Shown: positions 1-10,347, counted from the first letter of the stretch. The stretch: DNA of 64,000 nucleotides from Patescibacteria group bacterium (GCA_038064575.1 JBBTST010000008.1:2458-66457); one strand, 5' to 3'. Translations and numbers: made by a program. The notes: generated by a model not told the origin, from the sequence alone.

Positions 1-2
1 TT

Positions 3-320
3 AACGGCTCAATAAAACTTTCAAGCTCAGGGACTGTACTGGCGGATAAAATTGAGACAAAAAACATAGTAACAGAAAAAGTTGCCATAAAAGGCTCCAG
101 TACTCTTGGAACAGCCCTAATCAAGGCAGGGGATACATTTGTTGAAATTGAAACTTCCGCAATTACCCCAAATTCAAAAATCTTTGTCACTCCAACCACT
201 GAAACGGACAAAACACTCTTTATTAAATCAAGAGAAGAAGGTATAAAGTTTGGAGTGGGAATTAAATCTTCCTCAAATGAGGACCTAAAATTTGATTGGT
301 GGATAATAGCAAATGACTGA
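3..320 (+). CDS. 3' part of a gene that begins upstream of the window (hypothetical protein; repetitive beta-strand-like sequence)
   Basis: Open frame from window edge to TGA at 318-320 (...TVLADKIETKNIVTEKVAIKGSSTLG...KFDWWIIAND*). It overlaps the next start by 8 nt. No start codon lies in the window. Confidence 0.3.
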   Translation, partial: NGSIKLSSSGTVLADKIETKNIVTEKVAIKGSSTLGTALIKAGDTFVEIETSAITPNSKIFVTPTTETDKTLFIKSREEGIKFGVGIKSSSNEDLKFDWWIIAND

Positions 321-1332
321 AAAAGAAGCAAAACTAACTAAGCCTTATTTAATTTTAAGTTTCCTTGCTCTTTTACTTGGAACCCTAAGCTTTCTTACGG
401 GGCATTATATAGGAACAAAAAAAGTAACTTGCCAGGAGAAAAGCAACCCTGGAAAAACAGTCAGAGAGAAAGAAAATGGCTTTATCTATATCAACCCCTT
501 ATTGGAATGTGAACTGTCTGAAGAACAAAATCAAAAAGAGTTAAAATCTTTCAGAGCCGAATTAAACGATCTTGTAAATAAAACACTAACCCAGCAGAAA
601 GCCAAACACATCTCCATATATTATAGAGACCTTAAAAATGGTCCTTGGATAGGTATAAATGAAAAAGAAGAATTTAATCCCGCAAGTCTCTCCAAAGTAC
701 CGGTAATGCTCTCATATCTGCTTCTTGGCCAGGAAGATAAGGCTATCTTAAGTAAAAAAATTCTCTTTGAAGAAGAAACTAAAGAAACATCTGTTCAATT
801 TTTCAAAACAGATGGTACGCTTGAAGCTGGAAAAGACTATTCGGTTGACCAGCTGCTTGTAAAAATGATTGCCGATTCAGACAATAACGCCACTAATTTG
901 CTTGTAAATAACCTAACAGTAGAACAAATATTAAGGCCGTACAAAAACCTTGGCATACCTCCCCCTGATCTGCAAAGCGATTACAAAATTAGAATTAAAG
1001 ATTATGCCACCTTTTTCAGAGTCTTATACAATGCTTCTTACCTAAACAAAGAATTCTCAGAAAAAGCTCTTGGGCTTTTGGCTCAGAGCAATTTTGATTT
1101 TGGCCTTGAGGGGGGCGTCAAAGAAGGCCTAAAAGTTTCCCACAAGTTTGGGGAAAGAATTCTAAAAAACCCTGACACAAACCAACTTCACGACTGCGGA
1201 ATAGTTTACCACCCAACACATCCTTACTTAATTTGCGTAATGACTAGAGGCAATGACTTTTCTGCGTTAGCAGAAATAATAAAAGATATTTCAAAATTTG
1301 TTTTTGAAAATATTGATACTCAATCCAATTAA
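313..1332 (+). CDS. Serine hydrolase of the class A beta-lactamase / PBP-like family
   Basis: 339-aa ORF with SxxK (ASLSKVPVM) and SDN (ADSDNNATN) motifs in the usual order. N-terminal hydrophobic segment (signal/anchor). The KTG-like third motif is unclear (HKFG). Confidence 0.5.
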   Translation: MTEKEAKLTKPYLILSFLALLLGTLSFLTGHYIGTKKVTCQEKSNPGKTVREKENGFIYINPLLECELSEEQNQKELKSFRAELNDLVNKTLTQQKAKHISIYYRDLKNGPWIGINEKEEFNPASLSKVPVMLSYLLLGQEDKAILSKKILFEEETKETSVQFFKTDGTLEAGKDYSVDQLLVKMIADSDNNATNLLVNNLTVEQILRPYKNLGIPPPDLQSDYKIRIKDYATFFRVLYNASYLNKEFSEKALGLLAQSNFDFGLEGGVKEGLKVSHKFGERILKNPDTNQLHDCGIVYHPTHPYLICVMTRGNDFSALAEIIKDISKFVFENIDTQSN

Positions 1333-1344
1333 TACATTAAATTT

Positions 1345-2970
1345 ATGGGAAAAAGAAGCCAACATAAAAAACCAATGGGTTTAAACCCTACAGACCCGGA
1401 ATCAAACAGTAAAAGCCTAAGAGTCCTGATAACAAACAACAAAGCTACTATTGTCTTTCTAGTTCTTTTCACCACTTTAATCTATCTAAATTCTTTAAAT
1501 GGACAGTTTGTATCAGATGACATCCCAAGCTTCAGAGATTATGACCTTGTCAGAAGCATTCCCAAAGCTTTTAGCTTCCTTATGGTTCAAAAAGCCCTGC
1601 ACGCTGTTTCCTACAGCTTGTTTGGTCTAAATCCTATCCCTCTTCACATACTTTCCCTCATCTCACACATTTTAGCGGTGCTTTTGCTATTTATTCTCAC
1701 CAGTCTTTTATTTAACAAAAAAACAGCCTCTTTTGCCTCTTTTCTTTTTGCCAGCCACCCTGTAAATACTGAGGCGGTTGCGTGGATCTCAGGGTTTAAT
1801 TACATTGCAAATACTATTGCCTTTTTATTAACGGCTATATTTTTTACAAAATTCAGACAGACCAATATGAATAAATACTATATTGCCTCCCTTACAATTT
1901 ACATTTTAACAGCCGCCTTTATAAGACTTCCATGGTTGATAACCACGCCTTTTCTCCTTCTGATTCTGGACTTCTCCCTTAGTCATTTGAAAAAACAACA
2001 AATCAGCAAAACCTTTCTATATCAAACTTTGTTCTTTATGACAGCCTTACTCTTTACAATCTTCATGAAAAGCTCAATTTCAGACAGAATTTATTATATG
2101 CAGGCAAGCCCTCAAACAGGTTTTGCTTACAAACCCCCTTATTTTATTAATATCCCTTTTATAATCTTTACTCAACTTAAAACTCTCCTTTTTCCTTTAC
2201 AGCTCACACTCTATTACCCAAATGTAACCCTGACCAAATTCTCTTTTCTTGCCATGATATTAACAACTGTTGCTTACCCTATTTCCGCCCTCTTTATATA
2301 TATAAAAAACAAACTCCTTGGAGGAGTTTTCCTTATGATTATTGCATCTCAGATCATAACTTATAGTCCTATATCTCTAGCCTCATCTTTAGCAGATAGA
2401 TATTTATATCTGGCAACTGTGCCTTTTTCTATTTTCATAGCTTTTCTAATCAATAAAATTGGCTACAAAAACAAAGCTGCTGCTTATTCGATTTGTACAA
2501 TTGTCATAGTTTTGTACTCACTAAGAACCGTTTTAAGAAACTCCGATTGGCATTCTTCTGAGACACTTGCCGTATCTCATGCTCAAATTAACAAGCAGGA
2601 TTACAAAGTGCTAAGTGATTTGGCTCAGGTCTATGCTGAAAAAAAAGCTTACTCACAGGCCATTTATTATTATGAGAAGGCAAGAGCCATAAACGCGGAT
2701 ATTGCAGAAGGAAGATATAATTTGGGCGTTGTGTATTATATGCTTGGGAGAGTAACTGAAGCTGAAAGTGAGTTTAGAGCGGCCGTAAAGCTAAACCCAA
2801 ACCTAAGCGAAGCATCTTACAATCTGGCTGTAATTGAAAATGACAAAGGTAATACCAAAGAAGCTATTGAACTTTTGATTTTGTCCTTAAAAGCAAATCC
2901 TAATTCTCCAAAAGCAAAGGAGGCACTGGAGGTGATCAGTTCAAAGGAAAAGCTAAAAGAGGGGAATTAA
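1345..2970 (+). CDS. Polytopic membrane protein with C-terminal TPR repeats (TMTC/DUF1736-like putative GT-C glycosyltransferase)
   Basis: About 9 predicted TM helices. Conserved 'SHPVNTEAVAWISGFNY' (the HPxHTEAV motif typical of TMTC/DUF1736). Three or more TPR units at the C-terminus (YNLGVVYYMLGRVTEAESEF...). Confidence 0.6.
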   Translation: MGKRSQHKKPMGLNPTDPESNSKSLRVLITNNKATIVFLVLFTTLIYLNSLNGQFVSDDIPSFRDYDLVRSIPKAFSFLMVQKALHAVSYSLFGLNPIPLHILSLISHILAVLLLFILTSLLFNKKTASFASFLFASHPVNTEAVAWISGFNYIANTIAFLLTAIFFTKFRQTNMNKYYIASLTIYILTAAFIRLPWLITTPFLLLILDFSLSHLKKQQISKTFLYQTLFFMTALLFTIFMKSSISDRIYYMQASPQTGFAYKPPYFINIPFIIFTQLKTLLFPLQLTLYYPNVTLTKFSFLAMILTTVAYPISALFIYIKNKLLGGVFLMIIASQIITYSPISLASSLADRYLYLATVPFSIFIAFLINKIGYKNKAAAYSICTIVIVLYSLRTVLRNSDWHSSETLAVSHAQINKQDYKVLSDLAQVYAEKKAYSQAIYYYEKARAINADIAEGRYNLGVVYYMLGRVTEAESEFRAAVKLNPNLSEASYNLAVIENDKGNTKEAIELLILSLKANPNSPKAKEALEVISSKEKLKEGN

Positions 2971-4727
2971 TGAAACTTACAAAAGCTAACAAAAAGTTTA
3001 TCAGGGAGAACAAAGGCTTCATGAGCCCTGATCAATTTTCACTCAAACTTGGAGTGCCCAAAGAGGCTGTTGTACACTATCTTGGCAAAAGCCCGGACCA
3101 AATCGGAACTTTAAGTAAAATTGAAGAAATCACCTCGGATTTCAGGCCAACTTCTCTACTTGCCATTCTAACTTTTATCAAAGGAAGAAGAGCCCATGTA
3201 CTTCTACTGCTTATACTGTGTTTTTTTGTCTATTTTAATTCACTAAATGGAGAGATGGTCTCAGATGATATAACAGGCTTTAAAGAAAACCCTGAGATAA
3301 GAAGCATCCCGCATGTTTTGGCAAACTTAGGTTTTTGGGGAATTCAGCAGCTCATTCAGTCAATAGCTTACAACCTCTTTGGCACAAATCAAATCCCTCT
3401 ACACGCAATTTCTTTGCTCGCGCACATGACGGCAACCGTCCTGGTTTTTATCTTTGTTTCTATTCTGCTAAACAGTAAACTAGGCTTTGTTTCTTCACTT
3501 TTGTTTGCGGTTTTCCCTGTAAATTCAGAGGCGGTAGCTTGGATTTCAGGCTTAAACTATATTTTAACTGCACTGGGCTTAATAATAACGTCTATCCTAT
3601 TTCTGATTTACAAAAATAACAACAAACCGGCGTATTTATGGCTGACCGGAATAAGTTTCTTTTTAACTTATGCTGTTGTAAAGAACCCTTTTTCTTTGAC
3701 TATTCCACCAATAATATTAATCCTTGCTGTTTTTTTTAGAAAACAGACCAACCTTAAAAAGCTAATACTTGAAATGCTTCCCATAGCAGTAGTTTCTACC
3801 CTTATTCTGATTTTGATGTTGGGCAGAATCCAGGGCAGGCTTACCTTTATGGAGGAGCTTGACAAGGAAACTCCATCAAAAGGCCCTTCCTATCTTATGG
3901 GCCTGCCCTACATTACTTCAACCTACATAGAACTTTACCTTATGCCTCTTAATCTGAGCCTGCTTCATGAAGAAACATTCATAAGTCTTAGCGGGTATAT
4001 ATATATGATTGTGATTTCCATAGTATTTCTTATAACCTTTATAATCCTGATTATTAAGAAGAAAAGAATAGAGGCGGGTCTTTTATTAATCATTCTATCT
4101 TCACTTTTGCCCTCATTTAGCCCCGTAAGAGTTGCGTGGTTTGTGGCTGAAAGGTATATGTATGTAGGTTCCATGGCTTTAATGACTCTTTATGCTTACT
4201 TACTTTCAAAGCTTGATACTAAAACTAAAAATAAGGACATTGGCAATTTTATTATTGTACTGCTCGTGTGCCTGTTTTCAATTAGAACCGCAATAAGAAA
4301 CTATGACTGGAGCACTCAAAAAAGGCTGTGGGTTGCAACAGAAAGAACCAACCCCAACAGCCCTAAAGTACACATCAATTTAGGAGATATTTACATGAGA
4401 GGTGGAGACTTAGACAAGGCTTTAACTGAATTCAACAAAGCATTGGTTCTGCGCCCTAATTACTCGGATGCGGCCCATAATATTGGCACTGTTTATCTTG
4501 CAAAAAAGGACTATGATAACGCCCAAAAATACTTTGCTCTGTCTTTAAAGTTTGATCCTAATATGTACCTATCCCACTACAAAAACGGAGTGATAGAGTA
4601 CAGAAAGGGCAATTTGGATAATGCCAGAAAAGAAATGTATCAGGTGTTAGAAAAAGATCCTAGCTTTGAACCTGCCAAAAACATCCTTATAAGTATAGAG
4701 AAGGAGCAAAAAAACCAAAGTCCATAA
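2970..4727 (+). CDS. Paralogous TPR-tailed membrane protein (TMTC/DUF1736-like)
   Basis: Shares 'LNSLNGEMVSDDI', 'AVFPVNSEAVAWISGLNY' and the same architecture with the upstream gene. ATGA start/stop overlap at 2967-2970 indicates a tandem paralog pair. Confidence 0.6.
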   Translation: MKLTKANKKFIRENKGFMSPDQFSLKLGVPKEAVVHYLGKSPDQIGTLSKIEEITSDFRPTSLLAILTFIKGRRAHVLLLLILCFFVYFNSLNGEMVSDDITGFKENPEIRSIPHVLANLGFWGIQQLIQSIAYNLFGTNQIPLHAISLLAHMTATVLVFIFVSILLNSKLGFVSSLLFAVFPVNSEAVAWISGLNYILTALGLIITSILFLIYKNNNKPAYLWLTGISFFLTYAVVKNPFSLTIPPIILILAVFFRKQTNLKKLILEMLPIAVVSTLILILMLGRIQGRLTFMEELDKETPSKGPSYLMGLPYITSTYIELYLMPLNLSLLHEETFISLSGYIYMIVISIVFLITFIILIIKKKRIEAGLLLIILSSLLPSFSPVRVAWFVAERYMYVGSMALMTLYAYLLSKLDTKTKNKDIGNFIIVLLVCLFSIRTAIRNYDWSTQKRLWVATERTNPNSPKVHINLGDIYMRGGDLDKALTEFNKALVLRPNYSDAAHNIGTVYLAKKDYDNAQKYFALSLKFDPNMYLSHYKNGVIEYRKGNLDNARKEMYQVLEKDPSFEPAKNILISIEKEQKNQSP

Positions 4728-4769
4728 AATCTTGTTAAGAAACTTAAAAATGCTAGCATTAAGTAACCT

Positions 4770-5729
4770 ATGCCAATTCCGTTTTTTGATAAAAAAGTAG
4801 ATGACACCAAAATAGTAAACGCACTGGCAAACTCTCCCTCATCTGGTTTTATAATCATAGATGCCAAGGGCTTATGTACATTTGCCAATCAGGGTTTTCA
4901 AAAAATGCTCTCATTATCTCTGAAAGAAATACTTGGGGAAGGTTGGATTGCTCACGCTCACTATGAAGACAAAAAAAGAATTACAGACAGGCTCAAGGAA
5001 CTCCTTACAACAAGGCAGTTGGATGAAATAGAGTATAAAAACTTAAAGAAGGATGAAACCGTTTCCTCAGTAAAAATTAAACTCTTTCCTGTTACAACTG
5101 ATAAGGGCTTTGAGGGCTTTTTAGGACTGGCAGAGGACATCACAACAGAAAAGCAGCTTCAGGAAGCAATCATAGAAAATGAGAAAAGGTTTAGAGCGCT
5201 TGTTGAAAACAGCTCTATTGCAGTAGCTTTGTATACGGGAGCGGGACTTACAACCTACATCAGCCCTGCCACACCAAAAGTTCTTGGCTACACTTATGAG
5301 GAATTGGTTGGTAAGGACTTTTTGTTTCTGATAGATGAAGAGGATAAAGAAAAGGCGTCGCAAACATTTGAAAGAAGTCTTCAGGAGCGGGGCCTAAACT
5401 TAAACTTCAATATCAAAATGAGACACAAAAACGGTGACATGCGTTGGATGGAATGTATTATCACCAACTTTTTAGATGAACAGAGTATACACTCTGTTGT
5501 AAACAGCTTCAGAGATGTAACAGAGAGACTGGAAGCTGAAGAAAAACTTAAAACCAGAACATCAGAACTTGAATTTTTGAACAAGGCTATGATAGGAAGA
5601 GAGCTCAAAATGATAGAACTCAAAGAAGAAAACCAAAAAATAAAAACCATTTTAGAAAAGCACAATCTTTCACAAGAGTTGGAAGAGCTCAATAATACCA
5701 ACGGCTCTGAAAGTAACGTAAACCCATAA
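4770..5729 (+). CDS. PAS-domain sensor protein (two PAS-like modules plus C-terminal coiled coil)
   Basis: Two PAS-like modules ('IIIDAKGLCTFANQGFQKMLSL', 'AVALYTGAGLTTYISPATPKVLGYTYEELVGKDF') followed by a coiled coil. It ends 5 nt before the kinase gene. Confidence 0.6.
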   Translation: MPIPFFDKKVDDTKIVNALANSPSSGFIIIDAKGLCTFANQGFQKMLSLSLKEILGEGWIAHAHYEDKKRITDRLKELLTTRQLDEIEYKNLKKDETVSSVKIKLFPVTTDKGFEGFLGLAEDITTEKQLQEAIIENEKRFRALVENSSIAVALYTGAGLTTYISPATPKVLGYTYEELVGKDFLFLIDEEDKEKASQTFERSLQERGLNLNFNIKMRHKNGDMRWMECIITNFLDEQSIHSVVNSFRDVTERLEAEEKLKTRTSELEFLNKAMIGRELKMIELKEENQKIKTILEKHNLSQELEELNNTNGSESNVNP

Positions 5730-5734
5730 TAATT

Positions 5735-7063
5735 ATGACTTTTGCATTGTTTAAAAATACCAAAAAAGAGGCAAAGCTTAGAGAAGAAGAGGAGCTTAGA
5801 AAACATTACGAAGAGGAAAAAAAGACTCAGGAGCTTCTTGAACATAAAGTAAAAGAGGTTCAGGAGCAGAATAAATTCCTGGAAGACACAAAAAAAGCCA
5901 TGCTAAATCTTCTGGATGATGAAAAAAAACTGGAGGAAGCTTTGGAAAAAGAAAAGAAGAGCGTTGAAGTAAAGGTAGAACAAAGAACAAAAGAGCTTAA
6001 ATATGAACAGGCACGGTTTTTGGCTGCAATTAATTCAGTCCCAACAGGTTTTGTGGTAACTAACTTAGAAGGCAAGATTATCACTACCAATAGTGCTCTT
6101 GCTAAACTTCTTGATTCTGAAGATAGCGCATGGACACTAGAAAAACTCTACAGCTTGTTTGAGGGCGTGATAAATATAAAAGAGGCTTACACTCGCTGCT
6201 TGAACGCTAAAGAACCAATTACTCTCCCCGACCTACAGTTTAAGAACAAATACTTAAAGGTCTTCATGGCTCCGGTATATATCACACAGGAAACAAGTGA
6301 GATTATTGGCACCGTAATACTAATAGAGGACGTAACTGAGGCAAAGATTTTGGAAAGGGCAAAAGACGAATTCTTTTCTATAGCATCTCATGAGCTTAGA
6401 ACCCCTTTGACAGCCCTAAGAGGAAACTCCTCTCTCATAAAAGAGTACTATGCCAATCAAATAGCAAACCCTGAGTTTAAAGACATGATAAATGATATTC
6501 ATGATGCAACCGTGAGGCTCATAGAAATAGTAAACGACTTTTTGACAACCTCAAGGCTGGAGCAGGGAAGAGTGGAGTTTAAAAAAGAGGACGTAGATCT
6601 TAAAGCACTGGTACATAAAATTTTAGAGAATTTTGAGGCAGAACTTAAGGAAAAAAATATAAACACAAAAGTTGATATCCTTCCAAAAAACCCAATAGGA
6701 GTGGCTGATTCAAAAAGGATTGAAGAAATAATAATAAACTTACTGGGAAACAGTATTAAATTTACAGAATTTGGTACTATTACAGTGTCGGTTTTAAGAG
6801 AGGAAGATTCATTGCGCCTAAGGGTATCAGACACAGGCAGCGGAATTCCAATCCAGAACCAGGCGCTGCTTTTTAGAAAGTTTCAGCAGGCAGGCGGGAG
6901 CATATATACAAGAGATTCCACAAGAGGTACAGGTTTGGGTCTGTACATTTCAAAGCTTATGATAGAAGCTATGGGAGGAAAGATTTTTCTTGAGTATTCG
7001 GAGGAAGGCAAAGGAACAACCTTTTCATTTACAATACCTGCCTCCAAAAACTATAATGATTGA
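5735..7063 (+). CDS. Sensor histidine kinase (coiled coil + PAS-like + HisKA + HATPase_c)
   Basis: H-box 'FFSIASHELRTPLTALRG'. N/G boxes 'LLGNSIKFT', 'DTGSGIP', 'GTGLGLYISKLMIEAMGG'. Confidence 0.85.
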   Translation: MTFALFKNTKKEAKLREEEELRKHYEEEKKTQELLEHKVKEVQEQNKFLEDTKKAMLNLLDDEKKLEEALEKEKKSVEVKVEQRTKELKYEQARFLAAINSVPTGFVVTNLEGKIITTNSALAKLLDSEDSAWTLEKLYSLFEGVINIKEAYTRCLNAKEPITLPDLQFKNKYLKVFMAPVYITQETSEIIGTVILIEDVTEAKILERAKDEFFSIASHELRTPLTALRGNSSLIKEYYANQIANPEFKDMINDIHDATVRLIEIVNDFLTTSRLEQGRVEFKKEDVDLKALVHKILENFEAELKEKNINTKVDILPKNPIGVADSKRIEEIIINLLGNSIKFTEFGTITVSVLREEDSLRLRVSDTGSGIPIQNQALLFRKFQQAGGSIYTRDSTRGTGLGLYISKLMIEAMGGKIFLEYSEEGKGTTFSFTIPASKNYND

Positions 7064-7076
7064 GAAGCGGTTTATT

Positions 7077-7463
7077 ATGCCAAAGATTCTGATCGTTGAT
7101 GACGATTTGTTAATGATAAAAATGTACACTAGAATATTCACCCATGAGGGTTTTACAGCTCTTACCGCCCAAAACGGCCCTGACGGCTTAAATAAAGCCA
7201 GGACAGAATCTCCCGACTTAATATTATTAGATGTCATGATGCCAAAAATGAATGGTCTGGAGGTTCTTTCAGAGCTCAAAAAGTCCAACGACACTAAAGC
7301 TATTCCCGTAATTATGCTCACTAACCTTGCAGGCCAGCAGGACGCAGAAAACGCCCTTGAAAGAGGAGCAATGAAATATGTCATAAAGAGCGAACATGAG
7401 CCAAAAGAAGTCTCCAAGATTGTCAGAGACGCCCTTGCGCACATTAAAACCCATAAGAGTTAA
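7077..7463 (+). CDS. Single-domain response regulator (CheY-like receiver)
   Basis: 'KILIVDDDLLMIKMY...DLILLDVMMPKMNGLEV...KAIPVIMLT' receiver motifs (DD, D, T, K). No output domain. The ATG at 7077 lies just after the HK stop; the longer ORF from 6990 overlaps the HK. Confidence 0.75.
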   Translation: MPKILIVDDDLLMIKMYTRIFTHEGFTALTAQNGPDGLNKARTESPDLILLDVMMPKMNGLEVLSELKKSNDTKAIPVIMLTNLAGQQDAENALERGAMKYVIKSEHEPKEVSKIVRDALAHIKTHKS

Positions 7464-7610
7464 TACCACTATCTCAAACAAAAAATTAAGGATTTTCAAC
7501 TATTTTTCTAAATCAAAATAAAAAAAATAAAAATTTTTAAAAAAGAACTGATTTGATAATTAAACACTTAAAATTGTGTGATCTCACCAAACCTAAAAAT
7601 TTTTACGCGA

Positions 7611-7643
7611 CGTCGTTAATCAAAATTTATGATGTCGTTAATC
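7611..7643. promoter_or_regulatory. Direct repeat CGTCGTTAATC / TGTCGTTAATC spaced 22 bp apart (candidate operator)
   Basis: Seen directly in the intergenic region between the response regulator and the 3' end of leuS. Confidence 0.25.
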
Positions 7644-7743
7644 TGAGTGCGGTAAACTGTAGTTATTATAATGTGTGTTGGAGGAGAAGTTTTAAGTTGT
7701 GTGATGTTCAAAACAATTAACGCATTTATACCGTAAAATAGTG

Positions 7744-10347
7744 CTAGGCTGATACTATGTTAAATACTCTCCCCTCTGAATAGAATGTGGCCTTTATTTC
7801 TACCCCCTTAATTAATTCCCTAACTTTTTCCGCAGCAAGTACCTTGCTTTCCACTTTGGCTTTGTCTTTGATTTCATCAGAAGGCACCATTACCCTGCCC
7901 CTTACTTTTCCATTGATCTGGATAACAATTTCAACCTCCTCATCATAAACTAAAGCCTCATCAAACTTGGGCCAGGATTCTTTGGTAACACTAAATTTAA
8001 GCCCCAACACCTCCCACAGCTCCTCCGCAATATGTGGCCCAAAAGGCGCAACTAAGACCAAAAAGCGTTTAACTAAATCAACCCCAACCACTTCCTTGTT
8101 CTTCTGCCAGAAATTCACAAACTCCATCATGGAAGCTATGGCAGTATTAAATTTAAGCTCATCCATATCAAAAGTTATTTTTTTAATAAGCCTGTGCATG
8201 AGGGCTGTAGCTTCTCTACTGGAGGTAACAGAGTTGTTTTGGGAAGCAAAATGAGTGAGCTCCCAGATCCGATTATAAAACCGCCTTACACCTTCTACAC
8301 CGCTTGTGCTCCAGGGCTTGGTAACATCAAGAGGTCCCATAAACATCTCAAAACTCCTCAGCGAATCAGCACCAAGACCGGAAACAACATCTTCAGGATT
8401 AATTACATTGCCCCATCTTTTGCTCATTTTCCTGTTATCTTCACCAAGAATTAGACCCAAAAATCTAAACTTTGTAAAAGGCTCGTCAAAATCTATAAAT
8501 CCGCAGTCATACAAAACTTTTGTAAAAAATCTGGCAAATATCAGGTGCGTAGTTACATGGTCCCCCCCCACATATAAGTCAACAGGACAAAACTTTTTCA
8601 AGCTCTCACTGCTTGCAAACTCCAAAGCATTATTGGGATCACAAAACCTTAAAAAATACCAGGAAGAATCAACAAAAGTATCAAGTGTGTCCACTTCCCT
8701 TCTAACAGCTTCCCTGGCACCACACTTTGGACAGGTAACATCCTTCTGAAAGTCTTTAGATCTGGCCAAAGGAGATTCTCCGGTTGGTTTAAAATCAACG
8801 TCTTTTGGAAGCTCAACAGGAAGGCTCTCCTCTGAAAGAGGCACAATTGCATACTTTACACCATCTATCGTGGTTATTTGGGTAGCTGTTTCACAATTGC
8901 AGCATTGGCAACTATGACTTGTTTCAGAACCGGACTCTTCATGCTTACAACCACAATCCCCGCCACAACACTCACCAGCCTCCTCAAAATGAGCACAATG
9001 CGGGCAATAAACAACAGGAATGGGCGCTCCCCAATAGCGCTGTCTTGATATCAACCAATCTCTCAAATTATAAAAAACCTCCCTATCACCAAATCCTTTT
9101 TCCTCAAGATATTCTTTGACTTTTTCTTTGGCATCAGTTTGGGCATCCAGGCCATTCAAAAAGTCCGAATTTATCATTTGACCCTCCTCAATTACCTGAT
9201 CCTCGGTTTCAACCGGGCCTTCATCTCCATTTGTGGATTTAATTACCCTCACAATTTCAATGTTGTATTTTTTTGCAAAATTAAAATCTCTTTTATCATG
9301 GGCGGGAACGCCAAAAACGGCACCTGTTCCATAAGTTGGCAACACATAATCAGCAACCCAGATAGGAATTTTTTTACCGTTTGCCGGATTTAGCGCAAAC
9401 GAGCCTGTGAACACGCCTGTTTTATCCTTTAACAAATCCCCTCTTTGGAAGTTTGTTTTCTTAGCAGATACCTTAATATAATTGTTAACACTGTTCTGTT
9501 CTCCCGTCACAACAATATTACCGATTAGCGTATGTTCTGGGGCAATTGCCAGAAAGGTTGTGCCAAAAATTGTTTCCGGGTATTTTGTGAATGTCTCAAC
9601 TTCAGACTGAGCAGGCTTATCACTATCTCCAATAAAGATTTTCCACTTGATTTTTGCTCCCTCTTGCCTGCCTATCCAATTTTTCTGTCCTTCTCTAGTA
9701 GAGGCAGGCCAATCAATATCTTCAAACCCTGACAAAAGCCGATCCGCATAATCCGTTATCTTTAAAAACCACTGATCAAGATTTTTCTGTATCACCTCTG
9801 CATCACATCTCTCACAAACGTTCTTATCATCCTTTTTCACAACTTGCTCGTTTGCCAGCACTGTTTGACAGCTTGGACACCAATTAACTGGTGCCTCTTT
9901 CTTATAAGCCAACCCATGCTTAAACAAAAGTAAGAAAAGCCACTGAGTCCACTTATAATAGTTTGGGTCACTCGTGTTGATTTCCCTTGACCAGTCGTAT
10001 GACAAACCAACCATGTTAAGTTGAGATTTATACCAATCTATAGCCTTTTGCGTTGTCTCTGAAGGATGAATTCCTTTTTTAATGGCAAAGTTTTCAGCAG
10101 GCAAACCAAAGGCGTCCCAGCCCATGGGATGCAAAACATTAAAGCCTTGGGCTCTTTTGTACCTGGAGTAAACATCCGTTGCCGTGTACCCTTCTAAATG
10201 CCCTACATGAAGACCTGCACCTGAAGGATAGGGAAACATATCAAGACAATAAAACTTCTGCTTATCCCCCTTTTCCTCAGTTTTATAAACGCCTTCCTCT
10301 TTCCACCTTTTTTGCCATTTTGGTTCTATTTCATCCGGTCTATACAT
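7744..10347 (-). CDS. leuS: Leucyl-tRNA synthetase
   Basis: 'PYPSGAGLHVGHLEGY' HIGH motif, 'KMSKRWGNV' KMSKS motif and LeuRS N-terminus 'IEPKWQKRW'. Zn knuckle CPSC...CERC. An extra Cys-rich insertion lies at residues ~448-485. Confidence 0.95.
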   Translation of the reverse strand: MYRPDEIEPKWQKRWKEEGVYKTEEKGDKQKFYCLDMFPYPSGAGLHVGHLEGYTATDVYSRYKRAQGFNVLHPMGWDAFGLPAENFAIKKGIHPSETTQKAIDWYKSQLNMVGLSYDWSREINTSDPNYYKWTQWLFLLLFKHGLAYKKEAPVNWCPSCQTVLANEQVVKKDDKNVCERCDAEVIQKNLDQWFLKITDYADRLLSGFEDIDWPASTREGQKNWIGRQEGAKIKWKIFIGDSDKPAQSEVETFTKYPETIFGTTFLAIAPEHTLIGNIVVTGEQNSVNNYIKVSAKKTNFQRGDLLKDKTGVFTGSFALNPANGKKIPIWVADYVLPTYGTGAVFGVPAHDKRDFNFAKKYNIEIVRVIKSTNGDEGPVETEDQVIEEGQMINSDFLNGLDAQTDAKEKVKEYLEEKGFGDREVFYNLRDWLISRQRYWGAPIPVVYCPHCAHFEEAGECCGGDCGCKHEESGSETSHSCQCCNCETATQITTIDGVKYAIVPLSEESLPVELPKDVDFKPTGESPLARSKDFQKDVTCPKCGAREAVRREVDTLDTFVDSSWYFLRFCDPNNALEFASSESLKKFCPVDLYVGGDHVTTHLIFARFFTKVLYDCGFIDFDEPFTKFRFLGLILGEDNRKMSKRWGNVINPEDVVSGLGADSLRSFEMFMGPLDVTKPWSTSGVEGVRRFYNRIWELTHFASQNNSVTSSREATALMHRLIKKITFDMDELKFNTAIASMMEFVNFWQKNKEVVGVDLVKRFLVLVAPFGPHIAEELWEVLGLKFSVTKESWPKFDEALVYDEEVEIVIQINGKVRGRVMVPSDEIKDKAKVESKVLAAEKVRELIKGVEIKATFYSEGRVFNIVSA

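Noticed and set aside
7025-9732. Numerous 60-150-aa ORFs antisense to or inside the response regulator and leuS genes (for example 7025..7444, 7967..8254, 8306..8749, 9139..9393).
   Set aside because: They lie entirely within well-supported genes on the opposite strand or in a different frame, have no recognisable motifs, and show no independent start signals. They are spurious.
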